Below, piece by piece: positions 11,096-22,945 of a DNA stretch of 64,000 nucleotides; the first letter of the stretch is position 1; the number at the start of each line of letters is the position of its first letter. Position numbers and translations under genes: made by a program. The notes below the pieces were generated by a model. The model did not search any database, was not told the DNA's origin, and saw nothing but the letters and a program-made list of their open reading frames with translations. Origin of the DNA: Botryllus schlosseri (taxonomy: Eukaryota); the NCBI GenBank assembly GCA_051294905.1, contig CM119372.1, positions 34,660,001-34,724,000 on the forward strand, read 5' to 3'.

Positions 11096-14000
11096 AGACA
11101 TCTCTCGCATGGTGTTGAATATGTACGAGTCACCAACAATAACCGCACAAACGGAAACGTGGCTTGTTGTGAGGATTAAGCAGTGCGTGCGACCTATATT
11201 TCGAATGACCTGCGCGCTGAATTGTTTCCGTGAAGTCGTGTGCTACTATCGATTATTACACTAGACCATTCAGTGCGAAATAGTTTGCTAAATCTAGGAA
11301 TCAGTCGCATGGTGTTACTTTAGTAATTAGTTTACCACAGAGCCGGCGTAGCCGGTGATTCGAATACCGACAATAACCGCGTTCACAAACCAACACTTCA
11401 AAAATGTGTGAAATATTTGTAAAACCCTGCGATCGCTGACAAGATAATGTCTCGAACATAACCATCTTTAGCGACTTGGTGTTACAGACATGCCGATCGC
11501 TCACAAGGTAATATTTCCGCAATAAGTTTGTCACAGAGCCGGCGCAGACGGTGATTCGTAAACCAACAATTTGACACTTTCTGGTGGTCGCTATATGTTT
11601 GACACTTCGGAACGCGGTTGACTTTAGTTGTATGATAAGAATCATGCGAAAATGCAAGTAACGTGTCAATTTGTCAACTTGAAATGAAACTTACTACACA
11701 GCTCAAGTTGATTCGTATCTGAATGTGTTAATTCGGTACAATTCTAATTATTTCGAGAAATATTTTCGTGATCTTTTGATTCGACTGTAACCTAAATATT
11801 GCTGACGCCGACTTTCAGCCACATTGAATTATTCGCACATTCCACACCGCTGTTTTCACACCTATAGAATGAATACCAACTATAACTCTACAAGAATCAA
11901 GAATCACAAGTATGCGCATTATACAGTTATTGTCTTTATCAACATGAAATCAAACTCTTAACAAAAACACGCGACTAATCATTTGTCAACTCTAACATTA
12001 TCAAAAAAATTCCAGTATTGTTGATTGAAAATCCTCGAGTCTTTATTTTTAAGAATGTTATAGTACGGTGTCGGAATCCATTCGCGGATGTACTAAAGGT
12101 AAATTCAGATAATCCAGAATGAAATATTTTGACTTTGACATAGTGTGAATTGAAATAGGATTGACAAACATGACTAGCAACTTCCCCACAGTCCCGTTTC
12201 GATATTATACACACATTGATTTGAAACAAGTAATGTAACATTACAACTCTATTCACAGTTTTCCGTTTGTCAAATAGAGTTTCAGTAAATAATTTCACTA
12301 TGCTATCGCGATATTTTAATGTGTTACTACACACAATCAAGTCAATCAATGAAATCGCACCTGTTGTAAATATTTCACACTTGACAACCGCTTGCACATA
12401 ACACGATCGAGTTGCAATGCGATGAGTTGAATCGGAATATTTCAACCTACTTTGTCAAATCGCGATTTGAAGTAGGATCGCCAGACAGACTGGGTAAACT
12501 TTCACTCCAATGCGTTTCAGATTAATTTATTCACACGATCACCATCTCGCTGTCTTCACACTTACACAATCGCGTACTGTTTCCACTCGCAACTTCGGTA
12601 CGATATTTCAACTTGTCACAATAACTGATTATTCACATGTTGATTTGAAACAAAAGAAACCTTGAACAAGTTATCTGGGTATTTTTTGTCGCAATTGAGT
12701 TAATGGAAATAGTATTACACCTCGAAATTTTAACATCTTACCATACTCAAAAGAGTCAATCATGAAAACCTTGTCAAGTAAATCCGTAAACCTTGTCAAC
12801 TAAATCCGTTTGTAACTTACCAGACCAACTAGACAGTACCCGTACAGAAAGAAGACAAGATTACGCGAGTACATACAATCGCTACAAACTAAAATCCATA
12901 ACAAGTTCGGTTGTAGTCATATACCACCAAATCATCTTTGCTCAACTGTAAAAGTCGTTACTACGCTGTAAGATAAAGTAATTACTACTCGGTAAATTTT
13001 ATAAACCAAAGTAAATACTACTCGGTGTGTGGTTTGAGATTAACATATTACATTTGAGTATACGAAATTTGAATGTCCGGACACGTAGTTGAGAATTCTT
13101 ACGATCAAACGCGGGTGTTATATTGAAAATTTTCACGAATTGACACATTGATTTTGACATATGAGATTTTGTAATAGTCGATCATGACTTGATTATTAAA
13201 TTATGACATTATTAGACCAGGGTTGTGTTGAAGGTTATTACGATACCAACAAACTTTTCAGAAACATTGTTATTAGCATATCGATTTGTGAAACTAGATT
13301 AACATGTCTGAAATGTTTTGATTGGGAAGATTAAGCCGTGTTCATAAAAACCACGCAGCGTATTGTGGATATCAGGAAATATTTTACAAATGTAATTGTC
13401 TCCACTAACCAAGACTAAAGATGAAACACCAATTTCCTTTGTTGAACAATAACCGGTACAATACTTTATCATCGTAATCTGCGGTGAGAATTGAAACACT
13501 TTCGCACATTATCCGGTGTCAAGATAGCACACTAGGTGAATTGACATACCGCCGCTTGATTAATGCTTAATCCGTTCGCACCATTTCACATACTTTGATC
13601 ATTACAAAAGTAAATTGGAATATGCTTGCTAGATGCATTCAGTTAGAAATGTCTGGTACACAACAATCGTAATATCAAGGAAGTACTTGCTACACTGTAA
13701 TTCACTTAACGTGTTTTGCATTGTTGTTCATTTGTAGTATTGATTGTTTTTGAACCTCCAAATAATAATTCCCGACATGAAACCAAACCGCTGAAAGTCG
13801 TTACCATCACAACGAAACAATTTGTACGATGTTTGCCAAATGTATCCTATAGTTAGGTGTACTAGAATCACTGGTCCAACACATACACCGACAATGCAAT
13901 CGAAATTTTCCCCATTGTCATCCGTCAAAGTAAAGGTCGTCACAATACTCAACCCATAAAAGATCTTACTTGTATGTGATTGAATCGCAGGTAATTAACC

Positions 14001-15764
14001 CACTAAATCAAACCATAAGGAAATTTCACTCACTCATCGGATATGAAACAGCGTCACTTAATCGGCGTAGATCGTTTTACTAAATGCAAATCATACCTGA
14101 CCAACAGAAAACAATTTTCACTCACCTTGTAATGAAACCAAGTGGTGGGCCTTCGTTCAATATTTTGTCTGTGTCAAATACTTTGTAATAAACACAATGG
14201 AGTGGTTGAGCTTTACATCATCAAGCTGTCATTAATAAATCAAGATTTCGGTAAACTTGTAAATGTATCGTTTAACTAACCGAGTTGTATGCACAGTTTG
14301 ATATTTTTGCCATTTAGTGATTGCTGAACATACCACTTCGAAATACTGCGTTAATCTCAATTCCCTTTGTCCTGATAATCGAAGTACTTTTGTTTTGAAT
14401 TCATAACAACCGACTATGACATGATAAATTAGAAGATTTAGAAGATTGGTTGCATATCACTAAAAATAATATACCACACATATTATTACTGTTACTCCAT
14501 TCATCGGTATTTTTTCCGTTGTCGATTTTCAAACGAGTAAAATTTATTACTTGAGTTGCTCTGCTTACTATATTTAAATGTAAACTCACCCGTCTTTCAA
14601 CAACAAACAATGTTAAAAAAGTATGCAATCAAACACAACAAGTTTTACGATACTAATTATTATCCCACATAACCCATTTCTTACCGAAGACATATGAAAT
14701 ATATTCATGTTACACGAAAATATTCGCTCATGCTACAAACCTGTACAATGATTGGTGGTGCTTTCAAACTGTTTCGATACCTCAAGAACTTTATTGTCTG
14801 AATGGTTGTTCATGTATCGTAATAATCAAGTAGTTCAACACAGAACTAGTATTAACAGAAACACCAGCGTTGTTTACACAAAAGTTTGTATGTGTACAGT
14901 ATGCGAATACCGTGTGTAAGTCCAGCACAATTGTGGTATCCATACGAGTTTAGTTAACACAATTTACGACACCGAGGTCGCCTCATCTTTCGTAAGACAA
15001 CAAACCAAGGCTTCAGGATATGTCCATGTCATAACAATAAATCAGCTACTCCAACAACAGAGTACATATGTTTTCTAGTTACGGTGCTTACATCTTACAC
15101 ACAAATCGACCTACTTTGCTAACGAAAAGCGCTGAGTCATCACAACAATACAACTAAAACATACTATCATACAAATTGGTCGTTATAGTTTGCCCACCAA
15201 CGATACATCGTACAAGTAGCAAGTCTCGAGAATCCAGTTATTCAAAAAACGTGAAAGTGTTTCTACACCAAGTCGGTATGTTGACGAAAGCATATATTGT
15301 AATATCATGATCGATTTACATTCGTTGGTCACAAAATGTCACTACTCTAAATAATTATTTTTCACTCAAAGCCTACTTGTCATCATTCGTTTCATCAAGC
15401 ACGAGTTCAAGAAACCTGCTACGACATGAATTGTTAATTTTATGTTGTGTAAATAGGTAATAATTAATTTTAGTAACACTATATCAACATCATCGAGTTG
15501 TGCGAATAGATTTACATGTGGTCTTGTGGTTTTAATCGAAGTATACAGCACGGTCTAATGTAGAGTCATCTCTATTGTACAACAACTCGGTAATCGAAAT
15601 GCATTAAAATTTTAACAACGATATTGGTTCGTCGCACCAAAAATATGTTTACTATCACGATACTCTACACAGGCCGTGTAAATCCTTTTCACACTCGTAA
15701 TAGTATACCAACAGCTACCGGCGACAACGTTTAACAATACCAACGACACTAAACATACGATACC

Positions 15765-16270
15765 TACCCAAGTAAAATTACCATTTTCACCTGGAGGTCG
15801 GTCGTAACCCGAGTAGAAATACCATTATCCTTTGGAGATTTATCGTTTACCCAGTGTAACAAACCCCTTTTCCTTTGGTAATTTATTTTTCTCTGGGTAA
15901 CAAACCTTTTTCAGTTGGAAATATATTTTTTCTCTGGGTAACAAACCTTTTTCACTTGGAAATATATTTTTTCTCTGGGTAACAAACCTTTTTCACTTGG
16001 AAATATATTTTTTCCCCCGGTAACAAACCTTTTTCCCTGAGCAACAAACCATTTTCACTTGGAAATATATTTTTCCCTGGGTAACAAACCTTTTTCGCTT
16101 GGAAATATATTTTTTCCTTGAGCAACAAACCATTTTCACTTGGCGGGTCGTCGTTTACCTGACTAAAAATATCATTTTCCTTTGGAGATCTGGCGTTTAC
16201 CCAGTGTAACAATACATTTTCTCTTGGTCATCTAGCTTTTCCTAGAGTAACAAAACCATTTTCATTTTGA
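15765..16270 (+). repeat. ~41-bp tandem array in the left arm of element 1
   Basis: Unit GGTAACAAACCTTTTTCACTTGGAAATATATTTTTTCTCTG, roughly 11-12 copies, degenerate at the edges. Confidence 0.9.
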
Positions 16271-17533
16271 AATCTGACAAACACACCTGACAATTTGGTA
16301 TTTGTTGTATTGACGATAGTTTGAAATAGATTACAACGAACAGTGACGGAAATATACACGGACTACCGGTTTCAGAGTATACCCCCTTCAGTCGTATCAC
16401 ATCAATATCATCGGTTACCCACATACAATATCCTCTTGTACACCGAAATGTATGTTTTGGAAAATTGGACAATAGACTTCGATAGTTCTGTGATGTCCGG
16501 GTTCGTGCTTTGGATTTTCCAGAGTCAAAATGTCTGAATAAAACACCTCCTCGACGATGGTTGGTATGTGGATAACGGGGTTCGGAGGACGGTTGGATTT
16601 ATGTCACCCATCGCGATAACAATTCCAGGTCGAATTTTTCCCCGCATGTTTACTATATTGTGTCTTTATTGGTCAATGTATGTCTCGACATTCAGTTTGA
16701 AATCGGAAACCCTGATAAAGTATGTAACCGGATCCGGATATCAACTCTGAATCGATAAACCAATGAACAATATTCAAAGTAAACATGTTACATTCCACGA
16801 AAAAATACCATCCGGACATACGTCGCGCTTGTTTGCCCACAACATATTACGCGTAAATGGAGGTGTGTGACATTGCATGCAATGTGTTGGTATACAAACA
16901 TCGATCCACAGACATTATCATAGCCGGTAGTTTTGATGTAGATCGAATGTCATCACACCCGATAACAATGTCATACCAATAAGCCACATTGCAATGACTC
17001 TGAGTCCGCGCTATTACATCGATATTTCGACACCGTTCACTGATTTATTCGATGGTGTTATCGCAAGATAGTCATGACCCTATCTGTAGACGGACCACCC
17101 AGATCAATTGGATACATCGGTCAATATCCATCGTGTTGTCGACACCGAAGTTTTCTGCTGAGACTACAGCGTTTGATCTAGGTGAACTATCGAAGTACGG
17201 TGCTCGAAATGATTGCGATCAGTCTTTCAGTCACGATCAATGGATGTCGCTACTGCCACATAACGACTCCGGATAAATATCGTGCAAATGTCGGACTGAT
17301 ATTGTGATCAAATAAGGTATGTTTCTGTGGAATGAAGACTGCGATCGTACACCACAATAGAACACTACCTCGTGATTTCACACGCAATCATAAAACACAC
17401 TTTCGTAAGGGTCTAGCTCGTCCGGTGACATTTCGAAACGGTCGTCACCACAAGAGATCGGGGTTGGTCTCGTCATATCGGAGCATTTTGAAACGGTGTC
17501 GTCACAAGGCTATTGACGTCGATTCAGTTGGTC

Positions 17534-17809
17534 ATGTCAATCCGTTTTACAAAGTACCGTTTTTCAAGTCCCTGCACCATAGTGTTACGACACAGACAAG
17601 ATGCGACGGTGGAAATAATAAAACACGGAAGGCACACTTTGGTGTTATTTGACATGGATTTTACACCAGACGAACCTCACATTCGAGCGACGAATTGGAA
17701 TGACCTTTGTATTATTGACGTCGAAGGGAAAGAAATGTATCGATTTATCGGATTTGTACATATCCAACAAAAATCTGGGTATATGATTGTGCATGGTTCG
17801 CATATTTGA
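17534..17809 (+). CDS. Candidate small orphan ORF (91 aa) in the unique spacer of element 1
   Basis: ATG-initiated MSIRFTKYRFSSPCTIVLRHRQDATVEIIKHGRHTLVLFDMDFTPDEPHIRATNWNDLCIIDVEGKEMYRFIGFVHIQQKSGYMIVHGSHI. Composition is protein-like but I recognise no domain. Confidence 0.25.
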   Translation: MSIRFTKYRFSSPCTIVLRHRQDATVEIIKHGRHTLVLFDMDFTPDEPHIRATNWNDLCIIDVEGKEMYRFIGFVHIQQKSGYMIVHGSHI

Positions 17810-18649
17810 CTGTGAACGCTCTATTGGTATATGTTGTACAGTTTACTTTCACCGTCGTGCGAATAACCATGTCAAGTTCCATGTTTGTGTGTCTATATGT
17901 CACGCTTCAGATTGACTCAGAGTCATTGCAATGTGGCTTATTGGTATGACATTGTTATCGGGTGTGATGACATTCGATCTACATCAAAACTACCGGCTAT
18001 GATAATGTCTGTGGATCGATGTTTGTATACCAACACATTGCATGCAATGTCACACACCTCCATTTACGCGTAATATGTTGTGGGCAAACAAGCGCGACGT
18101 ATGTCCGGATAGTATTTTTTCGTGGAATGTAACATGTTTACTTTGAATATTGTTCATTGGTTTATCGATTCAGAGTTGATATCCGGATCCGGTTACATAC
18201 TTTATCAGGGTTTCCGATTTCAAACTGAATGTCGAGACATACATTGACCAATAAAGACACAATATAGTAAACATGCGGGGGAAAACTCGACCTGGAATTG
18301 TTATCGCGATGGGTGACATAAATCCAACCGTCCTCCGAACCCCGTTATCCACATACCAACCATCGTCGAGGAGGTGTTTTATTCAGACATTTTGACTCTG
18401 GAAAATCCAAAGCACGAACCCGGACATCACAGAACTATCGAAGTCTATTGTCCAATTTTCCAAAACATGCATTTCGGTGTACAAGAGGATATTGTATGTG
18501 GGTAACCGATGATATTGATGTGATACGACTGAAGGGGGTATACTCTGAAACCGGTAGTCCGTGTATATTTCCGTCACTGTTCGTTGTAATCTATTTCAAA
18601 CTATCGTCAATACAACAAATACCAAATTGTCAGGTGTGTTTGTCAGATT

Positions 18650-19155
18650 TCAAAATGAAAATGGTTTTGTTACTCTAGGAAAAGCTAGATGACCAAGAGA
18701 AAATGTATTGTTACACTGGGTAAACGCCAGATCTCCAAAGGAAAATGATATTTTTAGTCAGGTAAACGACGACCCGCCAAGTGAAAATGGTTTGTTGCTC
18801 AAGGAAAAAATATATTTCCAAGCGAAAAAGGTTTGTTACCCAGGGAAAAATATATTTCCAAGTGAAAATGGTTTGTTGCTCAGGGAAAAAGGTTTGTTAC
18901 CCGGGGAAAAAATATATTTCCAAGTGAAAAAGGTTTGTTACCCAGAGTAAAAATATATTTCCAAGTGAAAAAGGTTTGTTACCCAGAGAAAAAATATATT
19001 TCCAACTGAAAAAGGTTTGTTACCCAGAGAAAAATAAATTACCAAAGGAAAAGGGGTTTGTTACACTGGGTAAACGATAAATCTCCAAAGGATAATGGTA
19101 TTTCTACTCGGGTTACGACCGACCTCCAGGTGAAAATGGTAATTTTACTTGGGTA
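18650..19155 (-). repeat. Mirror copy of the ~41-bp tandem array in the right arm of element 1
   Basis: ATATTTCCAAGTGAAAAAGGTTTGTTACCCAGAGAAAA units. Confidence 0.9.
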
Positions 19156-22100
19156 GGTATCGTATGTTTAGTGTCGTTGGTATTGTTAAACGTTGTCGCC
19201 GGTAGCTGTTGGTATACTATTACGAGTGTGAAAAGGATTTACACGGCCTGTGTAGAGTATCGTGATAGTAAACATATTTTTGGTGCGACGAACCAATATC
19301 GTTGTTAAAATTTTAATGCATTTCGATTACCGAGTTGTTGTACAATAGAGATGACTCTACATTAGACCGTGCTGTATACTTCGATTAAAACCACAAGACC
19401 ACATGTAAATCTATTCGCACAACTCGATGATGTTGATATAGTGTTACTAAAATTAATTATTACCTATTTACACAACATAAAATTAACAATTCATGTCGTA
19501 GCAGGTTTCTTGAACTCGTGCTTGATGAAACGAATGATGACAAGTAGGCTTTGAGTGAAAAATAATTATTTAGAGTAGTGACATTTTGTGACCAACGAAT
19601 GTAAATCGATCATGATATTACAATATATGCTTTCGTCAACATACCGACTTGGTGTAGAAACACTTTCAGGTTTTTTGAATAACTGGATTCTCGAGACTTG
19701 CTACTTGTACGATGTATCGTTGGTGGGCAAACTATAACGACCAATTTGTATGATAGTATGTTTTAGTTGTATTGTTGTGATGACTCACCGCTTTTCGTTA
19801 GCAAAGTAGGTCGATTTGTGTGTAAGATGTAAGCACCGTAACTAGAAAACATATGTACTCTGTTGTTGGAGTAGCTGATTTATTGTTATGACATGGACAT
19901 ATCCTGAAGCCTTGGTTTGTTGTCTTACGAAAGATGAGGCGACCTCGGTGTCGTAAATTGTGTTAACTAAACTCGTATGAATACCACAATTGTGCTGGAC
20001 TTACACACGGTATTCGCATACTGTACACATACAAACTTTTGTGTAAACAACGCTGGTGTTTCTGTTAATACTAGTTCTGTGTTGAACTACTTGATTATTA
20101 CGATACATGAACAACCATTCAGACAATAAAGTTCTTGAGGTATCGAAACAGTTTGAAAGCACCACCAATCATTGTACAGGTTTGTAGCATGAGCGAATAT
20201 TTTCGTGTAACATGAATATATTTCATATGTCTTCGGTAAGAAATGGGTTATGTGGGATAATAATTAGTATCGTAAAACTTGTTGTGTTTGATTGCATACT
20301 TTTTTAACATTGTTTGTTGTTGAAAGACGGGTGAGTTTACATTTAAATATAGTAAGCAGAGCAACTCAAGTAATAAATTTTACTCGTTTGAAAATCGACA
20401 ACGGAAAAAATACCGATGAATGGAGTAACAGTAATAATATGTGTGGTATATTATTTTTAGTGATATGCAACCAATCTTCTAAATCTTCTAATTTATCATG
20501 TCATAGTCGGTTGTTATGAATTCAAAACAAAAGTACTTCGATTATCAGGACAAAGGGAATTGAGATTAACGCAGTATTTCGAAGTGGTATGTTCAGCAAT
20601 CACTAAATGGCAAAAATATCAAACTGTGCATACAACTCGGTTAGTTAAACGATACATTTACAAGTTTACCGAAATCTTGATTTATTAATGACAGCTTGAT
20701 GATGTAAAGCTCAACCACTCCATTGTGTTTATTACAAAGTATTTGACACAGACAAAATATTGAACGAAGGCCCACCACTTGGTTTCATTACAAGGTGAGT
20801 GAAAATTGTTTTCTGTTGGTCAGGTATGATTTGCATTTAGTAAAACGATCTACGCCGATTAAGTGACGCTGTTTCATATCCGATGAGTGAGTGAAATTTC
20901 CTTATGGTTTGATTTAGTGGGTTAATTACCTGCGATTCAATCACATACAAGTAAGATCTTTTATGGGTTGAGTATTGTGACGACCTTTACTTTGACGGAT
21001 GACAATGGGGAAAATTTCGATTGCATTGTCGGTGTATGTGTTGGACCAGTGATTCTAGTACACCTAACTATAGGATACATTTGGCAAACATCGTACAAAT
21101 TGTTTCGTTGTGATGGTAACGACTTTCAGCGGTTTGGTTTCATGTCGGGAATTATTATTTGGAGGTTCAAAAACAATCAATACTACAAATGAACAACAAT
21201 GCAAAACACGTTAAGTGAATTACAGTGTAGCAAGTACTTCCTTGATATTACGATTGTTGTGTACCAGACATTTCTAACTGAATGCATCTAGCAAGCATAT
21301 TCCAATTTACTTTTGTAATGATCAAAGTATGTGAAATGGTGCGAACGGATTAAGCATTAATCAAGCGGCGGTATGTCAATTCACCTAGTGTGCTATCTTG
21401 ACACCGGATAATGTGCGAAAGTGTTTCAATTCTCACCGCAGATTACGATGATAAAGTATTGTACCGGTTATTGTTCAACAAAGGAAATTGGTGTTTCATC
21501 TTTAGTCTTGGTTAGTGGAGACAATTACATTTGTAAAATATTTCCTGATATCCACAATACGCTGCGTGGTTTTTATGAACACGGCTTAATCTTCCCAATC
21601 AAAACATTTCAGACATGTTAATCTAGTTTCACAAATCGATATGCTAATAACAATGTTTCTGAAAAGTTTGTTGGTATCGTAATAACCTTCAACACAACCC
21701 TGGTCTAATAATGTCATAATTTAATAATCAAGTCATGATCGACTATTACAAAATCTCATATGTCAAAATCAATGTGTCAATTCGTGAAAATTTTCAATAT
21801 AACACCCGCGTTTGATCGTAAGAATTCTCAACTACGTGTCCGGACATTCAAATTTCGTATACTCAAATGTAATATGTTAATCTCAAACCACACACCGAGT
21901 AGTATTTACTTTGGTTTATAAAATTTACCGAGTAGTAATTACTTTATCTTACAGCGTAGTAACGACTTTTACAGTTGAGCAAAGATGATTTGGTGGTATA
22001 TGACTACAACCGAACTTGTTATGGATTTTAGTTTGTAGCGATTGTATGTACTCGCGTAATCTTGTCTTCTTTCTGTACGGGTACTGTCTAGTTGGTCTGG

Positions 22101-22678
22101 TAAGTTACAAACGGATTTAGTTGACAAGGTTTACGGATTTACTTGACAAGGTTTTCATGATTGACTCTTTTGAGTATGGTAAGATGTTAAAATTTCGAGG
22201 TGTAATACTATTTCCATTAACTCAATTGCGACAAAAAATACCCAGATAACTTGTTCAAGGTTTCTTTTGTTTCAAATCAACATGTGAATAATCAGTTATT
22301 GTGACAAGTTGAAATATCGTACCGAAGTTGCGAGTGGAAACAGTACGCGATTGTGTAAGTGTGAAGACAGCGAGATGGTGATCGTGTGAATAAATTAATC
22401 TGAAACGCATTGGAGTGAAAGTTTACCCAGTCTGTCTGGCGATCCTACTTCAAATCGCGATTTGACAAAGTAGGTTGAAATATTCCGATTCAACTCATCG
22501 CATTGCAACTCGATCGTGTTATGTGCAAGCGGTTGTCAAGTGTGAAATATTTACAACAGGTGCGATTTCATTGATTGACTTGATTGTGTGTAGTAACACA
22601 TTAAAATATCGCGATAGCATAGTGAAATTATTTACTGAAACTCTATTTGACAAACGGAAAACTGTGAATAGAGTTGTA

Positions 22679-22945
22679 ATGTTACATTACTTGTTTCAAA
22701 TCAATGTGTGTATAATATCGAAACGGGACTGTGGGGAAGTTGCTAGTCATGTTTGTCAATCCTATTTCAATTCACACTATGTCAAAGTCAAAATATTTCA
22801 TTCTGGATTATCTGAATTTACCTTTAGTACATCCGCGAATGGATTCCGACACCGTACTATAACATTCTTAAAAATAAAGACTCGAGGATTTTCAATCAAC
22901 AATACTGGAATTTTTTTGATAATGTTAGAGTTGACAAATGATTAG
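22679..22945 (+). CDS. Candidate small orphan ORF (88 aa from ATG; mirrored at 11975-12241 on minus), with a frameshifted homolog in element 2
   Basis: MLHYLFQINVCIISKRDCGEVASHVCQSYFNSHYVKVKIFHSGLSEFTFS... Element 2 (~43459-43607) encodes MLHYLFQINVCIISKCEWVKVGRYACQS/YFNSDYVKVEIFHFGLSEFTFS with a 1-bp deletion. Confidence 0.25.
   Translation: MLHYLFQINVCIISKRDCGEVASHVCQSYFNSHYVKVKIFHSGLSEFTFSTSANGFRHRTITFLKIKTRGFSINNTGIFLIMLELTND

Larger units (their letters stand above)
10781..17006 (+). repeat. Left inverted arm of element 1 (6226 bp)
   Basis: Reverse complement of 17914-24139. Only scattered substitutions seen (near 11194, 11404, 14941, 15134, 15250, 15972, 16451, 16635, 16809) and no net indel. 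Confidence 0.97.

Noticed and set aside
15765..16270. CRISPR-like appearance of the ~41-bp repeats (also 18650-19155 and 40200-40895)
   Set aside because: Units are head-to-tail with no unique spacers, there are no cas-like ORFs, and the context is eukaryotic.
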